From Selaginella moellendorffii (taxonomy: Eukaryota; Plantae; Lycopodiophyta), in contig NW_003314338.1 of assembly GCF_000143415.4 (NCBI RefSeq), positions 299,791-363,790 of the forward strand: a stretch of 64,000 bases of DNA. The letters run 5' to 3'. Position numbers and translations under genes: made by a program. The notes beneath the pieces were generated by a model. It did no database searches. It was not told where the DNA came from and saw only the letters and a program-made list of their open reading frames with translations. Positions 46,466 to 60,695 of this stretch are shown in pieces (positions within the stretch are counted from its first letter, which is position 1; every line of letters begins with the position of its first letter).

Positions 46466-49400
46466 TATTATGATCCGGCACAAAAAGACAAAAATTTAGT
46501 CTTCCTAGACTATGCTATGCCTCCTCTTGAGGTTCCTCACCAGGATATCAAGGAGTGGTACTCAAGCTCGATTGAGATTGACAATGTTCTACCCTGCGAG
46601 ATGTGGTGAGCGACGCCCAACCACCCCCGAGCTACCTCAAAAGCTCCACTATACCGCCGCTCCATTGTGAGCCCTACTGTAGGTTAAGTTCTTTACCCTA
46701 ACATGCTTTAATATACCCTTAAGCCTCATTTTGACCAATGTTCTAATAATTCTTCCCCCCCAACAAAAGTCTTTGTCCTAAGGATGAATTGTATTGGTGA
46801 TCACCTTTTCTGAGGAACCTTGCTCAAGGTCCTAGTCCATCTTCCACAGTCATATACATCAAGGAGGCATTGAGCCCTTCATTCTGAGATAGTACACATT
46901 TCAACCAACTAACATAAAATACTAGACAAGTTTTCACCCTAGTTAGTAGCTGCACCTAATAAGCCACTTTACCAATGTGCTCTAGCACTCATATGGACCA
47001 GCATATCGATGGGAAAGTTTGTCACTCTTCCTTGTGCATAAAGGCACCAAGGTGTTCTGCCGCTCACGTAATGGAAAAATGACTTGCACAAAGATGAGAT
47101 CACCAACTTTATATTTCTAGAATTGGTGATGCTCATTAGCAAATGTCTATGCTCTATCCTAAGCTACTTAAAAATTTCGTTTGCACACCACCAGAATCTC
47201 ATCAAGTTCTGTGGCCAGATTAGTTGCCTTAGAGTCAAGTTTATCTTGAACATCCTTACTCAAATGGAATCTCAACTCCACTACTGTTTAGGAATGCCTT
47301 CCAAACATAGCAAAGTAAAGACTTAGCTTCATTCCACTGTATTGGCTATTATTAAAGTCAGTTGCATAGCTTTTGCAAAGCTCTTCCAAAATCCATTAAT
47401 GAACTTTGAATTTTAATCACTAATGATGTCCTCTGGCAAACCAAAATCAGGAAAAACCTTCTCCAAGTAAACCGTAGCTAAGTCTAAGGTAGTAATAATC
47501 TTCCAAAGGGCCAACAACTGCATATACTTCATCAACCAATTCACTATGACCCATACTTGGTCCTTTTGCCTCTGTGTTTGTGGCAAACAAATGATGAAGT
47601 CCATAAAGATACTACACCAACGGCTCTGAGGAATAGGTAACGGTTGCAAAAGTCCCCTACTTCTCCCCCACACGTGCTTTAGTCCCCCAAGTCATGAACA
47701 AACAACAAGTAACTCAAAAGTGCTTTTCCATTACAAAAAGCCCTAATAAAGAAGTTCCAAGGAAAGAAATCAACGATTATCACTATGAATATTTCTGACT
47801 TGTGATTTTCCTAGTATGCTGATCGTTTACTGATTGGACTTGAAATGTTACTATCGATCAATATCATTGATACAAGGTAAAAATCTAAAATGTTTCTTTC
47901 ACTTTAAAGATGTAGTAGAGAGCATAACAATTGGAGGTTGAACTCCTTCTCCAAACTACACATCTTTAATGCCACTGTACTCTAGCGAGACACACTCAAT
48001 ACCCCACTTTATCTCTAGATCCACTTTCACCAATCATGGCATTCCAAGAATAAGATCCACATGATAGATATCTACAAGATAAAAAGTCTTCACAAGTGTG
48101 GTTTTGCCAACCAACACTTCCAACCCCTCTACACAAGTATCAAAATGCTGAGTAAAGGTAGCTGCACCTTCTACTATGTATGGAAGAACTTCTCATATCA
48201 CCAAGCCATGCTTTGCAACAAACTTTGCTGAAACAAAGTTGTCATTGCTCCCACTATCTAGTAAAATTTGCACTAGACTGCCACAGAACACGCCTTCCAG
48301 CATTAAAGTTGATTCATGAGTGTTCTTGAGCTCTATCTTGTTCCACACATAGTTGAGTTAGTGAGTAATGATTGAAAGCCTCTTCCTTCAACTGGAATGG
48401 ACGTCCCCATCATCCTCACATTGCAAAGTTTGCAACTTTTTAGTATCTAACTTATTGTCAGTAAAAGATTGGCCATTCTTTTTGCACTGCTACTTATTCT
48501 TTAGCTATGGACAATCACCCTTGAAATGTCCAAGCTCACTATCATGATGACAACCCTGTCTATAAATCTTCATAAAGAACTTATGCTTCTTTGACCCCTT
48601 TGCATCTAAAGTTGCCACCATAAACTTCAACTTATGGTACTTCTTCCCATCCTTGTGTCCATGATGATTATTGTGATAAGACTCCTTGAATGCTTGTGAG
48701 ATTTGTACTTGTCATTATCAAGTAGACGAGCCACATCAAAAAACTCCTCCAAACTCTTTGTAAGTTGAGAATGATGCAAGTGTTGCTACATGCTCTCACT
48801 ATGAAGGCCATCAATGAAGTAGGACTTGTTTTGATTTGAATCCTTCGTTGGAACATGACTAATCAAGTGAGTAAGCTTCTCAATATAGTCCCCAAGCATC
48901 ATTTTCCCTTACTGAAAATGTCAAAGTTTTGTACAGACATTCTCCTCATCGTAGTGAGGGGCAAAACATAAACAAAAAGCAGCCTCAAACTCATCTATAG
49001 TAAACACTGGTGGTTTCTTATCTACAATATAAGACTCCTCAAGCTACTGAAGACTTGCATCATGCAAAACCATTGGAATAATTATTAAAGCCTCTGCATT
49101 TAGAGTTCCATTAGCAGCCAATAACTTCTTCACATTAGCTAGCCAAGTTAGACACTCATCCACACCATCATCACTGGAAAAGGTTTTTGAGTTGATCTAC
49201 CAAGGAAGGTTTACTTGGAGTGCTACCAGCTTTGAGTGCCTCAACACACTCTCGTATGGTATCTATCATGCCATGTATCTCATCTTGCATCTCTTGCTGG
49301 GCTTGCATCTCATGAACAACATTTTGAATGGTCCAAATCTGTTGGCATTATCTTTGGTACCACCATCAACAAAGCATTCAATTTGGTCAGCCATTGCAAC

Positions 49401-49571
49401 CAACTCCTCTGATACCAATGCTATGATCTGGTGTGAAAGACAAAGATCTAGTCTTTCTAAATTATGCTATGCCTCCTCTTAAGGTTCCTCACCACCCAAC
49501 CACCCCCCGAGCTACCTCAAAAGCTCCACTACATTGCCACTCCATTGTGAGTCCTAGGGTAGGTTAAGTTC
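46466..49571 (-). mobile_element. Older, internally deleted family C copy (RT/RH lost)
   Basis: 3' LTR about 46466-46748, IN remnant, PR and gag remnants, PBS 49407-49417, truncated 5' LTR from 49419. Confidence 0.88.
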
Positions 49572-51739
49572 CTGGTTCTTGTCCCTAGCCAGTGTAAGAC
49601 ATAACAAGATGGGAACTCTTTACCAAGCTAAGTATTTTTAGCTAATAATAGATATTGATGTTGATGGCATTGAAGTGATGCCTTCTCATTGGCATTGTTG
49701 ATATTTAGACTCGAGTGAAATGAGATGTTTCTCCGTAGGATTGATATTGAGTTTCATTAGTCTCAATGTACATTATGCTGATGCTTGGGCTATATCTTTG
49801 TGTTGTTAGCATTTATACAATTACTAGTTAGCAATTGTATTGACGTTTAAATAAACTGAGTGGCAAGTTGAGTTAGTTGTATTCTAGATGAGATTGCTTA
49901 GTCGAGGTTAAGTTTTGACTTTTCCTTGAAAAGTGATTTAGTTGTGGAATATACTAGCTTTACGAGGGGAAGAGTTAGTGATTGATATTGAAGATGTTGA
50001 GTCCTTATTGGATTTGAATTGGAATATATCAATCATTGATGATTTCTTTTGTGTTTGTTATGAAGTGAGTTACATCTTGCTATAGATGGATTCACGAAGG
50101 ATTGATTAGATGATCATTTGTTGAGCATAACTTTGTTATGCTTGGCTTTTGTTGATGCAAACATGCTCTTTATTAGTTTTGCATTATGAAGTTTAGCTTA
50201 TGGATGTGTTGAAAAGATATTGTGGGTTGTACTATGGTTTCTTCTCTAGCATTAAAGTTGGTTCATGCAAGACTTGTAATTATTGTTAGACAAAACTTGG
50301 ATATAGGCTTTTTTAAGCTTTTGGCTTTTTGAGTTTTTATGCTTATTGTTCCATTTGTTAGAAGTTGTTAGGGGAAAGCATTTTTGCTTATTAGCTTCGA
50401 TGAAATTAATATTTACATTTAGCAATTATTGGTGATGATTGACTATCATCTAGGATAGTTGATTATCCTTGTTGAAGGTTTTGCTTAATTATTGTTGGTA
50501 TAGAATGATTTGCCAGTTTTTAGGGATGGTGGATTCTTTCTCTAACAATGATTATATATTTCTCTATTGATAGGATGATTGATGATCTTTCATGATAGTT
50601 AGTTGTTCACTTTGATGGCTAATAACTTTTTGCATTACCATATGTTCTTTGTGGTTTGCTTTGGATTGGTCTCTTGGGTTCGAGACATCAATAGAATGTT
50701 GTTGACACTTGCTTAAGCAACTCTGGTTCCTTCATATTATTGACTGGAATCTATTCAGATTAGCCGGTGTGATGGTTGGTATAAATGAGTGTTTATTTGC
50801 TTTGCAACATTCATTCTATTCTATTGACTATCATTACAGTTGCTTTTGATCGGTTGGATGTTATTTCCTTTGAGTGATATATTCGCAAACATTTTGCTTG
50901 CCAGTCAATGATACTTTATATTCTTTGAGTTCTCTTTCGTAAGTTGTTTGGCATACTATCTGTAATCTTTGATAGTTAAGTTTTATCAGTAAGTTTGTTT
51001 TATAATAGTTTGGCTATTGAATTTTGTTAGATGGTGAATCCTATGTTTCCAAAAAAACATGATGATCTTGGTGGTTCATATACTATAATACTAGTTCATC
51101 AAATGATAACTTACTTGGAATAATTTTGTGTTCTAGTATAAGATTAATTTACTGATAATTAAGACTCTAAGATATCATTGTCTCTGACTTTGATATTGTC
51201 TATCTATTGATCTTTGAGTTTAGGCCAATATAGGCAGACTAGCTTTGACACTTTGTGTGCATAGTGAAATCTCTAGTTATGGGGTAGTACTGTCGACTGG
51301 TCACATCACCCGCCTCTCTGTCGATGTTACTTATTTCGTTAAAAGAGCGTGACCATGTAAACAACTCTAACTACCTATTTACAGTAGTCTATCTAAACCT
51401 TATCGACGGGTTTGGTTTCTTTGCTTAGGAGGGTTAGGGCCTCTAGCTTCTCTCTCTATATCTCTGTAGGCAAGGGTGTATCACACTTTTGTAAGCTGGG
51501 TGACACCTAGAGCAGCAAGGTTGGCTAACTCTGTTGGTCATTTCCTTGTCGGCGATGGCCGGAAGGTGTCTGAGTTGGTAGCGCATCCGGGTTAGACAAA
51601 AACGTTACCTTAACTCATTTAAGTTGCATTTCTCACATAGTGTGAATACTGTAAACTTTTTCTAGAGTTGTTTCCTTGGCGGTATTCTAGATTTGAGTAT
51701 GTATCGACGAGGACGTTAATTTTCCCTAAGGGGGAAGAG

Positions 51740-52269
51740 TGTCGCGAATGTGACTTTGGGTATTGAAAGTTAGTTGTCGGCCAATCCTTATAGACACTCT
51801 TTCCTTATTGCCATGACGGCAGGAAGTCAATATTGCTGGACTTTTTATCAGTCCCTCTTGTGCTAGTGGAGTTAATTGGGCATTTCAAGTGTACTTAGAC
51901 CAAATGAGCATAAGGACGGAATTCGTATATGTTATTAGTTAAGCATACTTAGCCCAGTAAAGAGCTCCCGTCTTGTTATGTCTTGTACTGGCTAGTGAAA
52001 AAAGCCTTGCATATTGAGATTAGTGCTTTAATATTGCTAGATGATAGCTTACTGTGTCTGCCAAACACCCTCGCTATCATGCCCTTTGTGTTAATCTCAT
52101 TTTGGTCCTAAATGCTATTTATAGAAAGTGTCCAGATTTGTTCATTTGGCATATCTATGGAATGTAAAGATTGTCCTGAACACAATGGTGTTCGTCCTGT
52201 ATCCTAATTCTCAATCTAGAGACATTCTGTATTTAGTAAGTTTCGATATCTGAAGTCACATTCGTGACA
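51740..52269 (+). mobile_element. Probable 3' LTR (530 bp) of another decayed element, preceded by a PPT
   Basis: AAGGGGGAAGAG at 51728-51739, then TGTCGCGAATGTGACTT...AAGTCACATTCGTGACA (17-bp terminal inverted repeat, 1 mismatch). Confidence 0.65.
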
Positions 52270-55200
52270 CTATTGGAAAAGCCTAAGAAAGTTGTGGAAA
52301 GTTTTCTATTCTAGAGAAAGAATAACTCCTATTTGAAAAATACAAACTTTCAAAACTCAACTAACTTCCTCCTATTAACAACTTTACATAGATTCACTTT
52401 AATATAAATTTTTATGACCCAATAGTATGCTTAAGCATTAAATATCATGCCCCTATATCCTAATCCAATAGCAATATCCGCAAAATGCAAATGAACATTC
52501 AAGACTTAATCACGAAGATTATATCTTCGGATATCTACATTGCACTAACACTCTTCTTGAATCACCTTCAAGATCTAATGTGATGCCAAAAACTAACATA
52601 GAAAATCAAGCTTTACAGAAAATTTCACATCACTTAAAATAACACTGCCACTTCCACTAACACAATTGTTAATAATGTCAATGCCTCAACTTTACACTTT
52701 CACCATCCAACAACCTACTCCAAATGTTAATAGATTTACCAACAAACTATAGCAAATAAATGCCATAACCTTTTCTAACCCCTCAAGATCTAAGGTACTA
52801 ACTCAAACTTAGCATATCATAGATCACTATTGAAAACTTAGTCAAATCTACTTCAATATTACTACTTGTAAGTAGACTAGCTTCACTATCAATACTTTGG
52901 GGTTGATCATTGTTTAACCAAGTAACTCTGTAAATACATTACTCACAATCATATAAATATGATATAAAAATCACAATGACTTGATTATTAATCGAGCAAC
53001 ACCACAAATAGTGTCCATATCACTATTACAAAGATTTATGTGAATATTAAGTGTCAACTCAATTCAACAAAATATAGCATGAATGCCACACCCCATAGAT
53101 AGAGATTTACAACACCCAACACCACTAACTTTTGTTCACAACAAAGACAAGCTCATACCACTCTCTATCCGACCAAACTCAAAACTAATCCAACACCAAC
53201 CTACTCAAAGAGTAATAACAAGGTGCCTTAGAAAAGAATTGAGCATTGCACCCTAAGTCTTTGATAGCAAGCATAGATAAAATGGTTTTGTTGAACGTGT
53301 ATGTACGTTACCCCAGTCCCAAAGGGATCAAAACAACATTGAGAGTGCATTCTTAGAGAAACTAGCAAAATTATGAGCACAAACACCCGACGCTGCTCTT
53401 GGGCCGTCCACCTCCCAGGTGACTCCACCGTGAAACTTGAAGCCATCTGCTATGCTCCATGGCCGACACAACTTGCCACAGAGCACTCCACCACCAACGT
53501 GCCTCTAGTGCCAGCACAGCGTCCAAATGCGATAATACTCCAAATCGTAGCGCTATGTGAGGTGTGAACGTCCTCCAACTCAAGGCTGGAGTGTGCTACC
53601 TTGTCTCCCACATGAGACAAGTGGACTAGCTCATCTTCGAATGAGTCTTAGCCCCTGCCATAGGAATTAGGAAAGGGTATGAACCTCCTTCTAAGGGAGC
53701 AAACTCCAAAGTAGGTGTTGGAGAAGAGATGTATGAATCCCCCATGCATGTACCGCCGAATTGACTCTGTTGGCTGCTGGTCCCAACTGTGGCAACAGTC
53801 CCTACCACTGGTTCCAAAAATCCTCCCCTCTCGTTCATCTTCAAAATGAGACACCGTGCGTGGTCGTCCAAAGAGAATCTAGAAAGCTGGGAACTTTTTC
53901 AAGTCCCAGCTGCTCCAAGTCACCCCTAAAGTGACATCTAGCTCCACCAATCCTTGACCGCTACTGCCTTTGTCATGTGTCAAGGCAAGCAAGATCGCAT
54001 AGATCTTGGCAAAGAGCTCCATTTCTAGGGCTTTTGCAACTGTTTGTCCACCGTCGAGATGCCTCAAGACCCTCCTAAGACTATAGTGACCTGCCACCGC
54101 CAGCCCTAGAAGCCCTAGCCACCAAGGAACCTTAGCCCTAGAATAGGGTGAACCCTAACCCTAGCTACCAGTAGGAACCCTAGCAGCTAGGAACCCTAAC
54201 CCTAGCTGCTGCCTAAGAACCCTAATTCTAGAGTGCGAGCTAGGGTGTCCAGATCTCCTAGATCCCAGATTTGAGTGAAGCGCCACTGCTGGGAGAGCCT
54301 ATTGCCACTCCCTAGATGCCAGCCATGAAGTCGAAACAAGAAATGGAGCAAAAACCAAGCCATGGGAAAGAAAAGAGGAGAAAACGAGCCCATCCTTTGC
54401 CATAGTCACTCTAGCAAAGCGAGTGGAGGACTGGTAAAGCTGGCGACATCCCTCTTCCTCGCCTCAAACGCTCCCACAAATCGATTTCCTCCTAGAAAGC
54501 CCCAAATCGTGAAAGCTTGCAAACCCTAGCCGTTGCCACAACTAGGGTGAGCGAGATCTCCAGATCCATGGCAGATCTTGCTGTGCCGTTGTAGGAGGAC
54601 GTGATGCTCCACTCCTACAAGCCCCCCGTCGAAGGAATCAAGAAAACTCCCAGCCGTTTGGGAGAAATCGAGACTCAAGCGCCGAGATGCTTCTTTCAAG
54701 AGAAGAGGGGAAGAGGAGGAAGGAGGAGAGCCCTGCATGCTGTTGCCGCGGTGTGTGTGTTGCTGCTGCCATCCTCTGTGCTCCCTCCCTTGCTCCTCCT
54801 TACACTCTCTCTCTAGTGCCTTCAAGCTCACTCTCAAAACTTAGAACTTGAGGTTTTTACGACAAAATGGTTTTTCACTCTATTGCTATCCATCCCACGA
54901 CTCACCACTTGTAAGACCATCATAACCAACATGGATCAAAGTAAGGACTTCAATCGCATGACGTGAACATGAGCAATGAGTCACACCTTGTTGCAAATTA
55001 TTTCTTGAAGAAGAGAAAATGATTTACGTGTTTGATCCTTCATCCCTAATGACTTTCATTTTGGTCTCATATTGACTAAACCTTAAAGTTACATTCACAC
55101 TGCCTTTAATTCAATCTAAGAAAATTTTATGAGAGAGTATAGCAATGACTACTTGAACCAATAAACTAATCCTTACAGTCTTGATTGATTCACTTATAAT

Positions 55201-55464
55201 CATGCATAGGAAGGATCCACTAGTGCCGTGCTAAATAACTATAGACCAGTCTATTTGCCACTCATAGCAAACCCAAAGGAGGTTTCCTTTTACCTACAGT
55301 ACATGAAAACACTCATAGTAACCTCCAATAGGCTAACATTAATCCTGCCAACTCAAAGCATAGCCTTGAGTTGCTAATGTGCCTCACTCACAATCCTAAG
55401 TGCAAACTCATGCAAAATGATACACCTCAAATCCATTTTACCAAGGGTGAAAACCATGTATGCC

Positions 55465-57835
55465 ACACTAGGGTCTGGGAGACAATCACTCTAGGCTTTC
55501 ACCCTCAAACTTGAACTTGGTCTTCACCTCAGTCTTGGTCTTGATACAGTCTTGGTCTCGATCTCGGTCTTGATCTCGGTCTTGGTCTTGGTCTCAGTTC
55601 CCATCTTAAACTCCATCTTGGACTCCTTCTCAGACTCCATTTTAGATTCCTTCCTGGACTCCATCTTAGATTCCTTTTTGGACTCCTTCTCAAACTGCAT
55701 CTTGGATTCCTTCTCGAACCACATCTCGGATTCCTTCTTAGACTCCTTCTCAAACTACATTTTAGATTCCTTTTCAGACTCCATCTTAGACTCTTTCTCA
55801 GACTCCATCTCGAACTTCTTCTTGAACTCCATCTCAGACTCCTTCTCAAACTCCATCTCAAACTCCTCAAACTCCATGTAAAACTCTTTCTTGGACTCTT
55901 CTATTGCACAACTCTAATTTTATGCATTCCTATGAACCACGCACATTCATCTTTCTAGATACTAACTGACCTAGAATTTTTTTTGAGGAAAATTGAAGAG
56001 ATTCCATCCCTTGACTTGCTAAAGCCTTTCCTTTCACAAACTTCCTACCTACCATTTGATCTAACATAGACAGTTCTATATTTAAACTCCCTATGACACC
56101 ATTATTGCAAGTTGCAAAACCTTCAAGTACCTCTTTAGTTCCCTACTCCCAACTTGTATAACCATCTTTGGTTATATCTTTTGATTTTATAGTTTAGTTC
56201 TATCCCTTTACAATTTTTTTTGGCTCGATAGATTCCTTTTTTTATTCCCCTCCATGTTAAGAGGGTAAGTTTGCACTTCTACTAGTAAGTATTCTTAGGA
56301 ATGAACTTACTCAATGGTGGTTTTTCAATTTGGATATGCTCACTTTTTAATCCACATACTAGGATTAACATTTACTACTCGTGGCCCTTTAAATGCCTGT
56401 TGCTAGACAGGCAAAAATCCTTTTGGCTTTGTCCATTTTGGATAAATTGACCTCTTTTGTCTCTAGCTTTCCACAATCTTGAATATTAGATAGCACCTCT
56501 AATCCATTATTCATTAGGGACTTAGTCATTTAAGCATTATCTAATGACCTCATGATACTAAACACCACTTCTTTAGTGTTTTACAATGCTTATATATTTT
56601 AGTGATAGACTTCTTAAATAATTAGCTTTCAGATTATAACATTAACTCACTATATTGCAATATAAGCATTTTATCCCTTAAAGAATGTATTTAACCTTCT
56701 TCTTATTTTGATAAAAAGTATCAGAAAGTTAGCTCTCACTATCCAACCATTTACTCCAAACCTTTATTTAGTAGCCTCATAGTTATCATGTCCTATGACT
56801 TATTGCCAGTACTTCTACACCTCCACCAATATTTGGTCAAAGCACATGAATCCCATATTGTAAATAACTAAATTTTCTATTCTACTTTAATCACTTAACC
56901 ACATATTTAAGCACTTGGAGAAGCCTCATTCACAACCTCAATAAGACCTATTCCCCGACTTGGGGACTTGTTAGCTTGCCACTTTGCCTTTACACTTGGT
57001 CCAAGTGCTCTACATGTCTAATCTAACTACAGACACCAAAAGGTACTACTATTATATCAACATATTATACTAAGGCTATATCTATTCACTTTTGTCTCAT
57101 TAATACTCCAAAACCACCCATGCCACAGTCTATCTCCCAAAGACAAGGTTGAGTGGTCATCCTATGACCATACCTTGGCATCCTTAGGATGCCTGGAGAT
57201 ATGGGGAACAACCTTCCCCAATATCTTTTTTTCAATCCCGATCAAGTCCTTGATCCTTAACAATGCTTGCCAACACTGTGGATTGGGTCAGGGCCTAAAG
57301 GCCCAACCACTAAGTCCCTCTGGTCTCTAGAACTTCCTCACCATTTGACTATGTCTTTGGTCACCATGTAAGAGGGCTATTTGTCTTCCTTTCCATAGTC
57401 TAGGACTTTAGGATGAGAGTTTGAAACACCATAGCCTTATGCAAGCCTTGAGGGTACTCTCCTCACCTTCCACCTCTAGGTGCCTTAGCCATATGGCTAG
57501 AGCAAAGTTCTGATGAGCCATACTAGATATCCAAGTAGGTAACACCACCCACACTTGGATTGAGAGCACCGATCATTTGATCTCTTAAGGGAGCTAGAGC
57601 TAGCTCTTGAACACTTCACCAAGCTACCCACTTGTCCATCCATGTTCACTCTAACTTTGGACTCTTCAGTGCTTATATCATCACCCACCACATGGGTGTA
57701 GCCATCCTAGGTCACATTAGCTTTTCCTAGCTAAATTAATTCTACTGGAGTCCAACCCCCACACTCTCTCTACTTTACTTTTGGAACCCCCTGAAGCCTT
57801 CTAAGGGACGATCACTTTGGGCTCTCACACCTCGA
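55465..57835 (-). mobile_element. Rearranged old family A remnants (array, internal piece, LTR from 56859)
   Basis: Reverse-complement similarity to the LTR array, to internal about 11200-12100, and to the LTR 3' half. Confidence 0.75.
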
Positions 57836-59257
57836 CTTGTATTAGTATTCGAACTTGGAATTGGTGTTAGAGGAGAAATATTCTCTTACCCTTGGATTGG
57901 TGAAATTGATGGTTTAGATGTCAGACTCACTTATAAATGATTATTATGGTTGTTTATATCTGAGGGTTTCATATTTGCAATGATTGTGGTGCCTTGGATA
58001 TGATCAATTCTTACACCTCACGGATTTGCACTGTAACCAGTTGGACAGTTTATTGAGCATATTGGAATTTTATTATAGGAGAAATAACACATGGGATGAG
58101 AAGTAGAACTTTCCCATCCAGTATACTGCATATTCAAGACTTCAAGAAGAAGCTGGCTGAATGGTAGGCTTCTGCAGTTTGGCTCTTGGACATCAGAGGT
58201 GATTTTTGTCTGCTCTCTTTTCCTTATTACCTTAGGTCACTGCCAAAGATTCTCGAGAGTGCCTTCAAGAAAGAGACTGTTGGACTTGTCACCAGAGAGT
58301 AGTTGGTGAAAAAGGTAGCTGACCTGTTTCATCACTCAAGAGTGTCAACTTGTGCACCAAGATAGAGGAGGAGAAAGAGAAGCTGCAGAAATAGTAAGCT
58401 CACATCCTGCCTCTATAGCCGTGTTTCTGAATCCATCTGTGTTGCAGGGAAGAGGAATGTCAGCTCCAGAAGAGGAAAAAGAGATCAGCAGAAGGCCCTT
58501 CCCACCTATCATTTGTCGACACTGATGAAGGTGAAAATGATAGAGCTGGTATGGTTTGGCAGCTTCAATCAAGTCCACTAATGCAGGAGAGGTGACAGGT
58601 ATTGCTTTCACTTTGTGCTCTGGGGTCGCTTTGTTTTGTTGGGTGGATCAACGGCTAACACATTCTCAAGGGGGCAGAGGATGATTATTCAGGGAGTGTG
58701 AGGCAGATGAGCAAGCAGAACACAGATGCCTTCGCAAGCGGTGGATCCAAGAGTAGACACACATCAAATGTAAGTGTGTTGAACTTTACATGGTAACACC
58801 CGCCCCTGTTTAGATGAGCCGCTATACAGCTCCTGGAATGGCGCAAGGCACGTAAGTGTGCACCTCATCTCAATATTACCCTTGCTGACTGCAGTTTCTC
58901 CTTGGCCAGATGCAAAAGGGTGATACAATTGCTGAATTCCTACAGGCACCAATTGGGGTCTAAGTTCCGTGAGATTTAAACTACGTTTGTTAAGAACCTG
59001 CTCTGCATGAAAGAAGATTTGATCATACCTCATGTATGTTTCCTTCCAGTTGTTGCCACTTGTTCAAGTTTTCCCAACCTTGTTTGACAGCAACACAGCT
59101 TCCATGAGCTCATCACCAACAAGGCCAGAGGAAAGAATGGCCCGGTAAGCCCATTGGTGTCTGTCATGACTTCATGCCCATTTGTTTGTTTGGATGATAG
59201 CTCTTTCATTTTGATCTTCACGAAGACATACGCACAATCACTGGCACCACAACTAAC

Positions 59258-59367
59258 TTCCTTTCCTAGCTGTGAGCTGGAAGCCACGTAGAGCAAACGG
59301 TGGCTGGCAGAGTCAAGACCAATGACATCAGCAGCAGCCAGTTGTTTGGCCTTTTCTTTGAGTATAC
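59258..59367 (-). pseudogene. Exon fragment resembling translation initiation factor eIF2B gamma subunit
   Basis: AG/GT-bounded exon encoding KEKAKQLAAADVIGLDSASHRLLYVASSSQLGKE, similar to the remembered plant eIF2B-gamma motif K..DIIGLD...FLLYIA. Confidence 0.6.
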
Positions 59368-59783
59368 CTGAACTTCTCAAAACTGGTTCTCAATACCAAA
59401 ACTCTTGCCATAGTCTTAGATGGGAGTACTTTTGTTTGGCTCACACGACATGTCTGTCCTTACCCAAAATTAAGAATTATACTCACTATAATAGGTGGAT
59501 CCAAGCACATATGTGGATGACAATGCAAGTACATTGTGACTCCTTTTCTGAAAGGCCACAGCTGAAGCAACAAGAAAACAGAACAATTGATAGTTATAGG
59601 AAAATCAAAACACATTCTTGCTTGGCTCTGGTGATATTAGCTATCTTTTGGGGCTGATATACTCATCCTCATTTTAGGCGCTTGTAGTTGTCATCATAGC
59701 CAGGTTGTTGGGGAAGGTGGTACTGGCTTCATATAATATGCCTCTAGTATGCATCCAAGTAAGTTGGCTCTTTTGGGACCCAT

Positions 59784-59784
<1 letters not shown>

Positions 59785-59850
<66 letters not shown>
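59785..59850 (+). repeat. Compound (CT)n(CA)n microsatellite
   Basis: Directly visible. Confidence 0.98.
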
Positions 59851-59854
<4 letters not shown>

Positions 59855-60410
59855 TGTGGCACCAACTTTGACTCCATGGTCAACATGGGTCAAAGGGAAG
59901 CTCAAGGGTATATAAAGGCATGGACTTAAAGTAAGGGTTATAAGGCTTAAGAGTGCAATGGAGTTTTTGAGGTAGCTTGGGGGTGGTTAAGTGGTGAAGA
60001 ACCTTAAAAGGAGGCATAATATAGTCTAGGAAGATTAAATCTTTGTCTTTTGCAAGTCTTAACATTGGTATCAAAGGAGTTGGTTGTGATGGCTGACCAA
60101 GATGAACACTGGAATCCTAATGTCAATGGTGTCCTGATGATGGTGCTAATGGTGGTGCCGATGGAGTTACAAAGGTTTGAACGATTCATGAGCTTTGAGC
60201 TGTGAGCCCTTAATCAAAATCAGTAAAAGATGCAAGATGAGATGCATGGCATGATGGCTACCATGTATGCGTGTGTTGAGGCACTCAAGGCTGGACGTGG
60301 TGGCATTCCAAGTAAAACTTCTTTGGTGGATTGACTTAAAATCTCAGCTTTTTTCCAGTGATGGTGGTGTGGATGAGTGTTTGGCTTGGCTAGCCAATGT
60401 GAAAATGTTC
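59855..60410 (+). mobile_element. Family C 5' fragment: LTR, PBS, start of gag
   Basis: LTR about 59855-60064, TGGTATCAAAG at 60066, then FSSDGGVDECLAWLANVK. Confidence 0.85.
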
Positions 60411-60569
60411 TTCGAGATAAAGTTGAGCATTAAAATGTATCACTGGCATATGGTGGTGTCAAGGATGTGTGGTTTAGAGGCCTCTAATCGTTATGCTCTC
60501 TGCTACATTTTTTAAGTGGGCTTATTATCCATTGAAGAAGTGGCTAACACCCCATTACTTATAAAGGTA

Positions 60570-60695
60570 AATAGTTGAAGCTAAATAAAACCAAGTAGGA
60601 GTTGGTATAATAAGAGTGGGCTTTAGTTAGGGAACTTAATTACAACTAAGGCAAAGGTGTTGAGGTAAACTGGCAAATTGAAAAAAATAAAATAA
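60570..60695 (+). mobile_element. Family B LTR 3'-end remnant
   Basis: Similar by eye to about 25480-25615. Confidence 0.55.

Noticed and set aside
49650-51250. Possible ORF or copia pol
   Set aside because: T-rich, CpG-depleted, no ORF in the supplied track and no recognisable motif.
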